Below, piece by piece: positions 1-9,956 of a stretch of 64,000 bases of DNA. Numbering within the stretch: position 1 is the first letter of the stretch; every line of letters begins with the position of its first letter. A model generated the notes under the pieces. The model had not been told where the DNA came from and did not search any database. It worked only from the letters and a program-made list of their open reading frames with translations. The DNA is taken from positions 8,096 through 72,095 of the forward strand of contig JAKFBU010000047.1 of NCBI GenBank assembly GCA_036676985.1, in the 5' to 3' direction. The position numbers were made by a program, and so were the translations under genes. The DNA comes from Candidatus Sericytochromatia bacterium. GTDB taxonomy: Bacteria > Cyanobacteriota > Sericytochromatia > S15B-MN24 > UBA4093.

Positions 1-66
1 TTCGCTGTCACGGACGAAGCGCCCATGATCAGCGTCATCGAGGAGCCGGTCGTCCCCGCGGATTAA
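1..66 (+). CDS. 3' end of an unidentified gene (partial)
   Basis: Frame 1 reads FAVTDEAPMISVIEEPVVPAD-stop with GC3-rich codons; a hairpin follows. Confidence 0.55.
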   Translation, partial: FAVTDEAPMISVIEEPVVPAD

Positions 67-85
67 CGGGCGAGCCGGAGACGCG

Positions 86-114
86 AAGGTCCCTGGTCAC
101 GCCAGGGACCCTTT
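86..114. terminator. Intrinsic terminator-like hairpin between convergent ORFs
   Basis: Stem GGTCCCTGG / CCAGGGACC followed by CTTT. Confidence 0.6.
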
Positions 115-142
115 GTCATGCGGACATGCGGGCGCCGTCGGT

Positions 143-253
143 TTAGTTGACTTCCTGCCCGGTCACCTGAAGGGTCAAGAGGTAGATGGTGACCATGCAG
201 AGGACTCCGAACTGCGCCATCATCGTCGGGGTCACGAATTCTACGCTGAACAT
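143..253 (-). CDS. 36-aa small hydrophobic protein (not in ORF track)
   Basis: MFSVEFVTPTMMAQFGVLCMVTIYLLTLQVTGQEVN, preceded by strong SD AAAAGGAGGT. Confidence 0.6.
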   Translation of the reverse strand: MFSVEFVTPTMMAQFGVLCMVTIYLLTLQVTGQEVN

Positions 254-413
254 CGCACACCTCCTTTTGATGATCGATGTTGCCCGTCTCTATGCTTCTA
301 TTATGGGTCGCCATCGTTCGCTCCCTGCATGGGCTTCATTGCGGATTTATTAGGTCTTGCATGAGATTTCGCGAAAACCGAGTGCCCGTGTGACTTTGCG
401 CACATTTTGCTCC

Positions 414-2741
414 CTACGAGGCGGCGTTTCGGACGGTGCGAACGTGCCACTCGTCTCCATCGCTCGAGAAGCTGACGGCCCCGTCTCGATCCGTCCGGTA
501 GATGGGCCCGAAGGCCCTCAGGCGAGTAAGGGTAGCGGCGGAAGGGTGGCGAAACAGGTTGCGCTCGCCCACCGAGATGACCGAGACGCCGGGTCGAACC
601 GCCTGCAGAAACTCGGGCACCGAGCCGAAGCGGGAGCCATGGTGGGAGACCTTCAGGACGTCGGCCCGGAGGCGATCGCCCGCCTCCAGGGCCAGCCGTC
701 GCTCCGCCTCCTGCTCCAGGTCCCCGGCCAGCAGGATCGACGTACGTCCGTACCGGAGCTTCACGACCACCGAGTTGTTGTTGCAGTCCGAGTGCGTTCC
801 GTGCCAGGGGTGCACGGGCGGCCCGAGGACCTCCAGCCAGACATCGGCCTCCAACCGGGTCGAGGTTCCGGCTTTCACGGACTCGAACGGGATGCGCCGC
901 TCGAGCAGTGAGCAGAGGAAGGCCCCGTAGAGCGCCCCGTCCTCCGCCTGCCCACCTTCCCAGACGCCGTCGACGGGCATCCCTTTCAAGAGGCTTGTGG
1001 CCCCGCCGAGGTGGTCCGCGTGCGCATGGGTGACGACCAGTCCATGGAGCCGCCGGACCCCTTGCCGCCGCAAGAAGGGGAGGATGACGCGCTCCCCGGC
1101 ATCGCCCCCATCCCATGCCGGCCCGCAGTCGATGAGGTACCAGCGTCCACCGGGTGTCTTGAGGACGATGCCGTCGCCTTGCCCCACGCTGAGGACGTGC
1201 ACCTCGAGGTCCGGGCGCGGAGCGCGCACGAAGGGCAGGAGGGCGGCGATCGCGAGGATCCCCGCCGCCCGCCATAGGGCCGCACGCCTTACCCACCAGA
1301 GCATCAACCCCAGGCATCCATACATGGCCACGCACTGCCAGCCCTCGAGGGGAGCGAGGTGATGGCTCGCGCCGGGCAGGCGGTTGAGGAGGTCCACGCT
1401 GCCCGTCATGGCGCAAAGCAGCCAGTCCAGCGGCCAGAAAAAGGGGGTCACGCCGACGCCTAGGCCGATCGGGCCCAGGACGAGGGCCAGTACGAGCAGC
1501 CCCGCCCCGGCGATGGTCAGGACCTCGATGGCGAGCATGGCCCCCAGGTTGGCGACCAGGGTCCAGGCGGAGAGCTGCCCGAAGGTCATGAGCTGCAGGG
1601 GCGTGACCCACAGCGCGGCCGCCAGCGTGCTCGCGATCGTTCGGGCCCAGGTCTCGGGCATGCCCGTAAACCGCTCGGCGAGGATGGGCGTGGTGTGCTG
1701 GAGGGCGAAGGTCGCGAGCACGCTGAACTGGAAGCCCAGGTCGAGGAGCCAGGGCGGATGGTAGACGAGCATGCCCCAGGCCGCGAGCAGGAGGGGCACG
1801 AGCGATCGCCCGTGCCGTCGTGCCCCCCAGAAGAGGAGCGACAGGCTCGCCATGACGATGGCACGCAGGACGGACGGTGGCAGGCCCGTCATGAGGCCGT
1901 AGAAGGCGATCGCCCCCACGCAGAGCGGGATCGCGAGCCGGCGTCTCAGTCCGAGCGCCAGGCACAGCCCTTGCAGGGCCTCCACGATGATGAGGATCTG
2001 GGCCCCCGAGACCGCGAGCAGGTGCCCCAGCCCCAGGGTGCGAAAGGACTCCGCTGTCTCCTCATCGATCGGCGAGGCGCCACTGCCGAGCAAGAGGCTC
2101 CCGAGCAGGCTCGCGCGATCCGCGGGCAGGTGATGGGAGAGCACGGCCATGCAGCGATCCTTGAGGGCGATCGCCGTCCCCAGGAGCGACCATGACGCTG
2201 CCTCCACGACCTGGAGGCGCCTGGCCGACAAGGTGGCGTAGATCCCGTCGCGCGCCAGATAGTCCCGGTAGGAGAACTCGCCGGGGTTCATGGCGGGGCT
2301 CGGCCGATTCAGGCTGCCTTCCAGGTGAACGAGGCTGCCATAGCGCGGTCGTTCCGGCCCCTGGTAGCGGGCCATGACGCGTCCGGCCACCGGCTCGCGC
2401 CAGGGAGCCACCAGCGAGCGGACCTCGACCTCGAATCGCCAGCCTCTTGGCGATGGAAGCGGGTCGCTCGCGATGCGGCCGGCGATGACGGCCCAGCGCC
2501 TGGGTGCGAGGCGCGCGATGTCGTCAGGAAGCTCGTGCGGCGTCCGCCAGTGCGCCCAGGCAGCCGACAGCACGCAGCTCGCGAGCCCGAGGCAGGCGAG
2601 GCGCCAGGGCCGGCGAACGTGACCTCGGAGCGTTCCCAGCAAGAGCCCGGCCACCCCGAAGCCGAGGACGAACGGGGAGAGGGGAACGGGCAGCAGGAGG
2701 CCGAGGACCCAGGTCCCGACGAGCCACGGCAGGAGGGGCAC
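414..2741 (-). CDS. comEC: DNA uptake channel ComEC/Rec2
   Basis: OB-fold region (NPGEFSY), competence domain (HLLAVSG, GFQFS), metallo-beta-lactamase C-terminus (VGQGD, THAHADHLGG, HHGS). Confidence 0.95.
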   Translation of the reverse strand: MPLLPWLVGTWVLGLLLPVPLSPFVLGFGVAGLLLGTLRGHVRRPWRLACLGLASCVLSAAWAHWRTPHELPDDIARLAPRRWAVIAGRIASDPLPSPRGWRFEVEVRSLVAPWREPVAGRVMARYQGPERPRYGSLVHLEGSLNRPSPAMNPGEFSYRDYLARDGIYATLSARRLQVVEAASWSLLGTAIALKDRCMAVLSHHLPADRASLLGSLLLGSGASPIDEETAESFRTLGLGHLLAVSGAQILIIVEALQGLCLALGLRRRLAIPLCVGAIAFYGLMTGLPPSVLRAIVMASLSLLFWGARRHGRSLVPLLLAAWGMLVYHPPWLLDLGFQFSVLATFALQHTTPILAERFTGMPETWARTIASTLAAALWVTPLQLMTFGQLSAWTLVANLGAMLAIEVLTIAGAGLLVLALVLGPIGLGVGVTPFFWPLDWLLCAMTGSVDLLNRLPGASHHLAPLEGWQCVAMYGCLGLMLWWVRRAALWRAAGILAIAALLPFVRAPRPDLEVHVLSVGQGDGIVLKTPGGRWYLIDCGPAWDGGDAGERVILPFLRRQGVRRLHGLVVTHAHADHLGGATSLLKGMPVDGVWEGGQAEDGALYGAFLCSLLERRIPFESVKAGTSTRLEADVWLEVLGPPVHPWHGTHSDCNNNSVVVKLRYGRTSILLAGDLEQEAERRLALEAGDRLRADVLKVSHHGSRFGSVPEFLQAVRPGVSVISVGERNLFRHPSAATLTRLRAFGPIYRTDRDGAVSFSSDGDEWHVRTVRNAAS

Positions 2742-2742
2742 G

Positions 2743-3276
2743 TCACAGCCTCAGGAGCGGTTTGAGACGGCGCAGGCGGGCCTCGCCGATGCCCGCGACC
2801 TCGCGCAGCTCATCGAGGCTCCGGAAGCGGCCCTGCCGCGCCCGGTAGGCGACGATGTCCCCGGCGATGGACGGCCCGATGCCCGGCAAGGCGTCGAGCT
2901 GGGCGGCGGTGGCGGCGTTCAGGCTCAGGGGACCAGAGGCGGTGGCGACCGTGGCCTTGCGAGCTCGTGTCGTGCGGCGGGCCCTTGGAGCCGAGGACTG
3001 CGCGGGGGCCGGCGGCGCGATCCGGGGCACGACCAGGGAGTCCCCGTCGTTGAGTGCACTCGCCAGCGAGAGGCCGTCGAGCTGCGCTCCGGGCAGGATG
3101 CCGCCTGCCGCCTGGATGGCGTCCGCCCGGCGAGCCCCCGGATAGAGCCGGTAAATGCCAGGATGCTTCACCAGACCCTGCACGTGGACCCGGATGGCGC
3201 CCTCGAGGACGACCGTCTGACCCAAGGCGGGAAGCGCGAATGTCCACAAGAGCAGCCACGACAAGAGGACACGCAT
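2743..3276 (-). CDS. comEA: Competence DNA-binding protein ComEA
   Basis: Signal peptide, SLBB domain (VHVQGLVKHPGIY), HhH motifs (LNAATAAQLDALPGIG, VAGIGE); adjacent to comEC. Confidence 0.92.
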   Translation of the reverse strand: MRVLLSWLLLWTFALPALGQTVVLEGAIRVHVQGLVKHPGIYRLYPGARRADAIQAAGGILPGAQLDGLSLASALNDGDSLVVPRIAPPAPAQSSAPRARRTTRARKATVATASGPLSLNAATAAQLDALPGIGPSIAGDIVAYRARQGRFRSLDELREVAGIGEARLRRLKPLLRL

Positions 3277-3422
3277 CGATCCACCTCCTGTAGTTCAATG
3301 ACGATTATTCGTTATTATATCAAACATGCGGACAGGCGGTCGTCGTCCCTTGGCAGGCGGGCAGACATGGTAGAATCGAGAATCTTCCGGATAAGACTGT
3401 CTTAAGAGTAAGGAGAGCCGTC

Positions 3423-3881
3423 ATGGCCGAATCTCTCAGCCTTCGTCGTCAAGTCATCATCAAAGCCATCGTCACCGACAACTTCAAGCAGCAGGCATCG
3501 GCCGAGCTCCAGGCGGCGCTGCAGAACCTCGACATGAACCTCCAGCAGCTGGAGTTCCAGGGCAAGCGCGCGATCGCCGACCTCGAGAAGAAGAGCATCT
3601 CCCCCGCTGGCCCCATGGTCCAGGCCCAGATCGATCAGCTTAAGCAGCAGATCGATGGCGAGCGCAGCCAGCTCATGGCCGCCAAGAACGACATGCTCCA
3701 GAAGCTCAACATGATCGGCCAGCTCGAGGTCAACTCCGAGTTCGTCCAGGCCCAGGTCGACAACTTCGTGGACGTGGCCGTCGGCGACAACCTGTACCTC
3801 AAGCTCTCCTCGCCCGAGGTCATCGTCAAGGACGGCATCGTGGTCGAGATCCGCACCCCGCAGATGGTCGGTCAGGCCTGA
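3423..3881 (+). CDS. YlqD-family coiled-coil protein
   Basis: LRRQVIIKAIVT start, coiled coil, VGDNL...IVKDGIVVEIR end; directly upstream of rimM. Confidence 0.8.
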   Translation: MAESLSLRRQVIIKAIVTDNFKQQASAELQAALQNLDMNLQQLEFQGKRAIADLEKKSISPAGPMVQAQIDQLKQQIDGERSQLMAAKNDMLQKLNMIGQLEVNSEFVQAQVDNFVDVAVGDNLYLKLSSPEVIVKDGIVVEIRTPQMVGQA

Positions 3882-4411
3882 TGACCGACGCCGCCGAACG
3901 CTACGTCTCGGTCGGCCGGATCCTCAAGCCCCACGGCGTCCGCGGTGAGGTCAAGGTCGAGCCATTGACCGACGACCCCGAGCGCTTCAAGCGCCTCGAC
4001 CGCGTCTTCTGCCTCAAGCCCAATGGCGAGCGCGTCCCCTTGCATGTCGAGGGGGCGCGTTCCGCCGGACCCGAGACCGTACTCGTCAAGTTTCGCGAGT
4101 ACCAGGCCCCCGAGCCCGCCAACCTTCTTCGAAACTGCCTGATCCAGATCCCCCGGAGCGAGGCCCCCGCCTTGCCGGAGGGGAAGGTCTACTATGCCGA
4201 CGTGATCGGCATGACGGCCCGCCACGCGGATTCCGCCGAGACCATCGGGACCATCACCGCCATCGTCACGGCGGGCAACGAGCTCTTCGAAATCAAGACG
4301 CCCGGCGGCGAGGAACTGCTCGTGCCCTGGGTGGACGAGTTCGTCACCCGGATCGACAAGTCGGCCCGCGAGGTCTGGATCCGGCCGGTGCCGGGTCTCT
4401 TGGAGCCCTAG
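3881..4411 (+). CDS. rimM: Ribosome maturation factor RimM
   Basis: VGRILKPHGVRGEVKV, YYADVIG, LLVPWVDEFV motifs. Confidence 0.95.
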   Translation: MTDAAERYVSVGRILKPHGVRGEVKVEPLTDDPERFKRLDRVFCLKPNGERVPLHVEGARSAGPETVLVKFREYQAPEPANLLRNCLIQIPRSEAPALPEGKVYYADVIGMTARHADSAETIGTITAIVTAGNELFEIKTPGGEELLVPWVDEFVTRIDKSAREVWIRPVPGLLEP

Positions 4412-4414
4412 CGC

Positions 4415-5167
4415 GTGCGGATCGACATCCTGACCTTGTTTCCCGGCATGTTCACCGGGCCCATGACCGAGAGCATGATCAAGCGCGCGCAGGAGGCCGG
4501 GCACCTCGAGCTCGGCATCCATGACATGCGCGAGCATGCCACCGACAAGCATCGCATGGCGGATGACCGTCCCTTCGGGGGCGGCGCCGGCATGGTGATC
4601 AAGCCGGAACTCGTCTTTTCGGCGGTGGAGGCGCTGCCGCGCACGCCCGAGACCCGGGTGCTGCTCATGTGCCCCCAGGGCAAGCGCTTCGAGCAGTCGG
4701 ACGCCAACGCCCTTGCCCTGGAGAGCCACCTCATCTTCCTGTGCGGCCACTACGAAGGCTTCGACGAGCGGGTGCGCGAGCACCTGGTCACCGACGAGTA
4801 TTCCATCGGGGACTACGTCCTGACCAACGGGGAGCTGCCCGCCATGGTCATGATCGACGCCTTGGCGCGGCTCATCCCGGGCGTGGTCGGCAAAGAGGAG
4901 TCCACCCGGGAGGATTCCTTCTACACGGGCCTATTGGACTACCCCCACTACACCCGTCCGGTCGACTACCGAGGGTGGGTGGTGCCCGAGATCCTGCGCT
5001 CGGGCAACCATGGCGCCATCCAGCGCTGGCGGCGCGATCAGGCCCTGCTGCGGACCTTCGAGCGCCGGCCGGATCTGCTCGACAAGGCGCCCCTCGACAA
5101 GAAGGACCTCAAGTTCCTGCGTGAGGAATGCGGCTGGGTGCCCCCTTCGGACCTTCCCCCTGGTTAG
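4415..5167 (+). CDS. trmD: tRNA (guanine-N1)-methyltransferase
   Basis: [41 protein letters not shown]. Confidence 0.97.
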   Translation: MRIDILTLFPGMFTGPMTESMIKRAQEAGHLELGIHDMREHATDKHRMADDRPFGGGAGMVIKPELVFSAVEALPRTPETRVLLMCPQGKRFEQSDANALALESHLIFLCGHYEGFDERVREHLVTDEYSIGDYVLTNGELPAMVMIDALARLIPGVVGKEESTREDSFYTGLLDYPHYTRPVDYRGWVVPEILRSGNHGAIQRWRRDQALLRTFERRPDLLDKAPLDKKDLKFLREECGWVPPSDLPPG

Positions 5168-5230
5168 CGCCCCACATGGGCCGGGTACGATAATAGCGAC
5201 CCAGGCCCCAACCATTTCGCGAGGTGCACC

Positions 5231-5656
5231 TTGTCCAAGCTGAACCGCATCCTGACCAACTTCGTCGTAACCGAGGAAGGGATCTCCGCGATCCAGCGCC
5301 TGCTGGCCGATCTGGTCAAGGACGTGGACGCCGATGCGGCCATGCTCGTCGAGAAGAGCGGTCAGATGATCGCCACCGACGGGGACGTGCAGGGGCTCGA
5401 CACGCAGGCGATCGCGAGCCTCGTGAGCGGTGCTTTCGCCTCCACCCGCGCGGTGGCTCGCCTCATCGGCGAGAGCGAGTTCACGGCCATGTTCCAGCAG
5501 GGCGATACGGCGTCCATCTTCATGTACGCCCTGGGTACCAACGACATCCTGGTCGTCATCTTCAACGACGTGAGCAAGACGGGCCTGGTCAAGGTCCAGG
5601 CTCAGCAGACGGCGCTCGCGCTGTCCGAGCAGCTCATGCAGATGCAGAACCAGTAA
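5231..5656 (+). CDS. Roadblock/LC7 domain protein (MglB-like)
   Basis: AMLVEKSGQMIA, IASLVSGAFASTRAVARLIGESEF, GLVKV resemble MglB. Confidence 0.8.
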   Translation: MSKLNRILTNFVVTEEGISAIQRLLADLVKDVDADAAMLVEKSGQMIATDGDVQGLDTQAIASLVSGAFASTRAVARLIGESEFTAMFQQGDTASIFMYALGTNDILVVIFNDVSKTGLVKVQAQQTALALSEQLMQMQNQ

Positions 5657-5800
5657 CCTCTCTCGACAGCCCGCTTCTCCCGCCGCTCCGCACCATCCGG
5701 CCGTTGCCGCCTGGTGTGCGGGTCACTGTCTCTTGACCGGCGGTGCTATACTATGGCCATCACTGCTCGGTTTGCAGCTTGATGGAAGGCGGGAAGTGCC

Positions 5801-6676
5801 TTGCAGCACACGTTGCGCCCGGTGACGACGCCGGCAATCGCTCCATGGACCATCGGTAAGCGCTCCTTCGACTGGGGGACGCGCACCTTCGTCATGGGCA
5901 TCCTCAACGTCACGCCCGACTCCTTCTCGGACGGCGGCGCTCACGACCAGTTCGAGCGGGCGATCGCCCACGCCGAGCGCCTCCTCGCAGAGGGCGCCGA
6001 CATCCTGGACATCGGCGGGGAAACCACCCGCCCCGGCTCCGAGGGCGTGTCCCTCGAGCTCGAGCTCGCGCGGGTGCTGCCCGTGGTCCGGCACCTGGCG
6101 GCCCACACTGACGCCGTGCTCTCCATCGACACCAGCAAGCCCGAGGTCGCCGAGGCCGCTCTTGCGGCCGGCGCCCACCTCATCAACGACGTCACGGGGC
6201 TCGGATCGCCCGAGATGCTGCGCGTGCTCGAACAGGCCGGCGCGCCGGCGGTCGCCATGCACATGCAGGGCACGCCCGCGACCATGCAGGTCGATCCCCG
6301 CTACGACGACGTGGTCCGCGAGGTGCGAGCCGCGCTCGCGCAGGCCCTTGAGACGGCCCGCGCGGCGGGGGTCGCGCGCGTGATGGTGGACCCGGGCATC
6401 GGCTTCGGCAAGACCCAGGAACACAACCTCGAGCTGATGCGCCACCTCGCGGAGTTCCGGGCCCTCGGGGCCCCGCTGCTCGTGGGCACCTCGCGCAAGG
6501 GCTTCATCGGCAAGATCCTGGACCTGCCCGTCGACGAGCGGGTCGAGGGTACCATGGCCACCGTGTCGCTCGCCGTCGCGCAGGGGGCGGACGTGGTGCG
6601 GGTGCACGACGTCAAGGAAGCCGTGCGGACGGTACGCGTGGCGGACGCCGTCGTGCGCGGAGGGCGCCATGGATAA
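5801..6676 (+). CDS. folP: Dihydropteroate synthase
   Basis: MGILNVTPDSFSDGG, SIDT, DPGIGFGK, SRK, RVHDV. Confidence 0.97.
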   Translation: MQHTLRPVTTPAIAPWTIGKRSFDWGTRTFVMGILNVTPDSFSDGGAHDQFERAIAHAERLLAEGADILDIGGETTRPGSEGVSLELELARVLPVVRHLAAHTDAVLSIDTSKPEVAEAALAAGAHLINDVTGLGSPEMLRVLEQAGAPAVAMHMQGTPATMQVDPRYDDVVREVRAALAQALETARAAGVARVMVDPGIGFGKTQEHNLELMRHLAEFRALGAPLLVGTSRKGFIGKILDLPVDERVEGTMATVSLAVAQGADVVRVHDVKEAVRTVRVADAVVRGGRHG

Positions 6677-7028
6677 GGTGCGGGTAAGCGGCCTGGAGGT
6701 CTACGGCCACCACGGGGTGTTCCCCGAGGAGCGCCAGCTCGGCCAGGTGCTCGTCATCGACCTGGAGGTGGGCTGCGACCTGCGCCCGGCGGGCACCACC
6801 GACGACATCGCGCAGTCCATCAGCTACGTGGACCTGGTCGGCATCGCGCGCGACGTGGTCCAGCACACGGATTTCCAGTTGCTCGAGGCGATCGCCGAGA
6901 CGATCGCCCAGCGGGTGCTCGCCATGGAGCGGGCCCAAACCGTCGTCGTGCGGGTCGAAAAGCCGCGCGCTCCCATTCCGAACCTCACGGGGACGGTCTC
7001 CATCGAGATCGCTCGACAGAAAGGATGA
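6669..7028 (+). CDS. folB: Dihydroneopterin aldolase
   Basis: YGHHGVFPEERQLGQ, ISY, LLEAIAE, VEKP. Confidence 0.95.
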   Translation: MDKVRVSGLEVYGHHGVFPEERQLGQVLVIDLEVGCDLRPAGTTDDIAQSISYVDLVGIARDVVQHTDFQLLEAIAETIAQRVLAMERAQTVVVRVEKPRAPIPNLTGTVSIEIARQKG

Positions 7029-7032
7029 AGAC

Positions 7033-7530
7033 ATGACCACGGTCTACCTAGGGCTCGGGTCCAACGTCGGCGACCGAGTCGACTACATCAGGCGGGCGCT
7101 CGACCTGCTGGAGAAGCACCCCCTCATCCACGTGACGAAGGTGTCCTCGTTCTACGAGACCGAGCCCCTCGAGTATCCCGACCAGGGCTGGTTCGTGAAC
7201 GCCGCGGCCGAGATCGACACGGACCTCGCGCCCATGGCCCTCCTGGACGCCCTTCAGGGCATCGAGAAGCAGCTCCAGCGCCAGCGGACCATCCGTTGGG
7301 GCCCGCGCACCATCGACCTGGACGTGCTCCTGTTCGGCGAACAGCTGGTGGCCGAGGCGCGGCTCCAGATCCCGCATATCCGCATGCAGGATCGGGCGTT
7401 CGTGCTGGAGCCCCTGGCGGAGATCGCGCCCGAGGTGACGCACCCCGTCATCGGCAGCACCATCTCGGAGCTGCGGGAGAGCGTGTCGAACCCGACGGAG
7501 GTTCGGAAGCTCGAGCTGCAGGAAAGCTAA
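7033..7530 (+). CDS. folK: 6-hydroxymethyl-7,8-dihydropterin pyrophosphokinase
   Basis: YLGLGSNVGD, RWGPRTIDLD, PH, RAFVLEPL. Confidence 0.97.
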   Translation: MTTVYLGLGSNVGDRVDYIRRALDLLEKHPLIHVTKVSSFYETEPLEYPDQGWFVNAAAEIDTDLAPMALLDALQGIEKQLQRQRTIRWGPRTIDLDVLLFGEQLVAEARLQIPHIRMQDRAFVLEPLAEIAPEVTHPVIGSTISELRESVSNPTEVRKLELQES

Positions 7531-7544
7531 GGCGACCATGCAAC

Positions 7545-7570
7545 AGGCCCCGGCACTGCCGGGGCCTTTG
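7545..7570. terminator. Intrinsic terminator after folK
   Basis: AGGCCCCGGC-ACT-GCCGGGGCCT then TTG. Confidence 0.75.
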
Positions 7571-7581
7571 TGTTGAGTGGG

Positions 7582-7974
7582 CTACGCGAGGGCTTGGTGG
7601 CTCGTCGTGGCGTCCGGGAGGAAGGTCCGCACCGTGGCAAGGAGGTCCCGGCGGGTGAAGGGCTTGGAGAGGTAGCCGTCGCACCCGGCCGAGAGGGCCT
7701 CGCGGCGATCGCTCTCGAAGGCCAAGGCCGTCAGGGCGATGATGGGGATGCGGCTGGTCCGGGCGTCGTTCTTCAGCAGCTTGGTGGCCTCGTGACCGTT
7801 GAGCACCGGCATCAGGACGTCCATCAGGATGAGGTCCGGCAGCTCCTGCTGGGCCTTTTCGACCGCGTCCTGCCCGTTCTCCGCGAACGTGAGGGCGAAG
7901 CCCTGGCTCAGGAGCATCAGCTCCACGATCTTCCGCGAGTTCGGATCGTCATCGACCACAAGGATACGCTTCAT
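7582..7974 (-). CDS. Single-domain response regulator (DivK/CheY-like)
   Basis: ILVVDDD, LILMD, P-NG, ALTA, SKP; start moved to ATG 7974. Confidence 0.9.
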   Translation of the reverse strand: MKRILVVDDDPNSRKIVELMLLSQGFALTFAENGQDAVEKAQQELPDLILMDVLMPVLNGHEATKLLKNDARTSRIPIIALTALAFESDRREALSAGCDGYLSKPFTRRDLLATVRTFLPDATTSHQALA

Positions 7975-8425
7975 GGTCCTGTCCCTTTCTCCTTCCGAAC
8001 ACACGGCCAGTAGGACGCTCGACGCCTTGTTCACAGCTCAACCTGCTCGATCTCGGTCTGCTCGTTTTAACCCTAACTTGAACCGTTACGTTGAAGTATA
8101 AGAATTATGAACATTCCTGTCAATAAATTCGCAAACTTTTGTACCGAGCGTAAACGGCCCAACTTGTTGACTTAGCGGTGAGATCACTTGGCAACATAGC
8201 GTCTCATCGCGCAATCAGCCTCGCGCACGTCCTCCGAACAAGCGAAGAGCCTGCTATCACTTCTGTACCCCGAGTGATACAAAACGTAACATTGTTCTGT
8301 CCAGAATTGTGAACCTTCGTGTCGCGATCCGGTCGGTCCGCAAGCCGAACGAGCCCCCCGGCGGATGCGAGGGGCTCGCTGAGGGCCGTTCGGAGCCGGC
8401 TTGGCGAGGTCGGGTTAATGGGGGT

Positions 8426-9388
8426 TTAGGCTTCGCCGAGGCGGGTGCCCACCTGGAGGATGCGCAGGCCGCGGGCAGCTTCGGCGGCGGCCTGGGGCTT
8501 CTTGCCTGGGATCTGCACCTGGCTCACGAGGAGCGTGCCGGTGCCGCAGGCCACCTCCCAGCCCGCATCGGAGAGGCCGATAACGGTTCCGGGGGCGGCG
8601 TCGCCTGGGGAGCGATCGCCGACGGTCGCCGCGAGGATCTTCATGACCTGCCCCGCGAGGGTCGTGGTGGTGCCGGGCCACGGGTAGAGGCCGCGCACCC
8701 GGTCATGGAGCGTCTCGGCGCTCTGCGACCAGTCGAGGGTCGCCATCTCCTTCTTGAGCATGGGCGCGTAGCTGGCCGCAGCGTCATCCTGCCGCTCGGG
8801 CACGAGCTCGCCCGCAAACCAGGGCGGCAAGGTGCGCACGAGCAGATCGGCCCCGATCTCCGAGAGCCGGCGGCTGAGCACGTCGGCCGTCTCCTCGGGA
8901 CCGATGGGGGTGGTCGCCTTGAGCAACATGGGGCCTGTGTCGAGGCCCTTCTCCATGAGCATGGTCGTCACGCCCGTCTCTGCGTCCCCGTTGAGGATGG
9001 ACCACTGGATGGGGGCCGCCCCCCGGTACCGCGGCAGCAGGGAGGCATGCACGTTGAGGCACTGGTAGCGCGGCAGGTTCAGGATCTCTTCGGGCAGGAT
9101 CTGCCCGTAGGCCACCACGACGATGCAGTCGGGCGCGAGCGATCGCAGGGTCTCCAGCGCCTCGGCGTCACCGCGCAGGCGCTGCGGCTGGTACACCGGC
9201 AGGCCCGCCTCGAGGGCGGCCTGCTTGACCGGGGGCATGGCGATCTCCTTGCCCCGGCCCACCGGCCGATCCGGCTGGGTGAAGACCGCCTTGACCGGGT
9301 AGCCCGCGGCGATGAGGGCCTTGAGCGTGGGGACGGCGAACTCGGGGGTGCCCATGAAGACGATGGAGGGCTGCGTGGCTGGGGTCAT
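8426..9388 (-). CDS. fmt: Methionyl-tRNA formyltransferase
   Basis: FMGTPEFA, TQPDRPVGRG, NVHASLLPRYRGAAPI, LDTG. Confidence 0.97.
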   Translation of the reverse strand: MTPATQPSIVFMGTPEFAVPTLKALIAAGYPVKAVFTQPDRPVGRGKEIAMPPVKQAALEAGLPVYQPQRLRGDAEALETLRSLAPDCIVVVAYGQILPEEILNLPRYQCLNVHASLLPRYRGAAPIQWSILNGDAETGVTTMLMEKGLDTGPMLLKATTPIGPEETADVLSRRLSEIGADLLVRTLPPWFAGELVPERQDDAAASYAPMLKKEMATLDWSQSAETLHDRVRGLYPWPGTTTTLAGQVMKILAATVGDRSPGDAAPGTVIGLSDAGWEVACGTGTLLVSQVQIPGKKPQAAAEAARGLRILQVGTRLGEA

Positions 9389-9438
9389 GGCGTTCTCCTT
9401 TGGGACCATGCTACCCGGGAGCGGGCCAGGCCACAAGG

Positions 9439-9471
9439 AAAGGGCCCTCCGCCCGAGACGGAAGGCCCTTG
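9439..9471 (-). terminator. Hairpin after the 9485-9888 ORF pair
   Basis: AAGGGCC-CTCCG...CGGA-AGGCCCTT imperfect stem. Confidence 0.5.
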
Positions 9472-9484
9472 TCGAAGGGGATGT

Positions 9485-9679
9485 TTACTTGCGGGCGAGG
9501 CCCTTGATGAGGGTCCGCACGATGGCCATCGGGTTGGGATCCTGGGGATCCGCCTCCGTCAGGGCGTCCTTGGCGGGGCTGTTGACGAAGCGGCGGTCCA
9601 GGATGTCGTCGATCTGGCGCGAGAGGTCGGCGGTGCCGCTGCGGACAAACGTTTCGCGGTTATAAGTCGTGTTCATCAC
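9485..9679 (-). CDS. Hypothetical 64-aa protein
   Basis: Overlaps upstream ORF by 4 nt (GTGA), GGAG SD, hairpin downstream. Confidence 0.55.
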   Translation of the reverse strand: MMNTTYNRETFVRSGTADLSRQIDDILDRRFVNSPAKDALTEADPQDPNPMAIVRTLIKGLARK

Positions 9680-9888
9680 TTTGCTGCAAGCTCCATGGTC
9701 TCGTTATGCTGCTCGTCCCGGGCCACTTCCACGTGCCGCTTGTACTCCACGAGGGCTCCGCGGCGGTAGGTGTCGCGCTCGGCGGCGATGGCGTTCTCGA
9801 TTTTGGTCACGTACTGGCTTAGGCTCAAGGGGTTCCTCGATTCGGGGCAACGCTTCCTGAGGTGAGTATAGGCTCCCTTAAGCGGCAA
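9676..9888 (-). CDS. Hypothetical 70-aa protein
   Basis: TTG start preceded by AAAGGAGG. Confidence 0.55.
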   Translation of the reverse strand: MPLKGAYTHLRKRCPESRNPLSLSQYVTKIENAIAAERDTYRRGALVEYKRHVEVARDEQHNETMELAAK

Positions 9889-9956
9889 CTTGCCTCCTTT
9901 TCACATTAGTTTAACAACCAGTGGCGCCCAGCGGGCCGCATGGGTATCATGGAGGG

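Noticed and set aside
8034-8340. Riboswitch or sRNA in an AT-rich intergenic region
   Set aside because: No recognisable conserved RNA motif; explained adequately as a promoter region. An Rfam scan would settle it.
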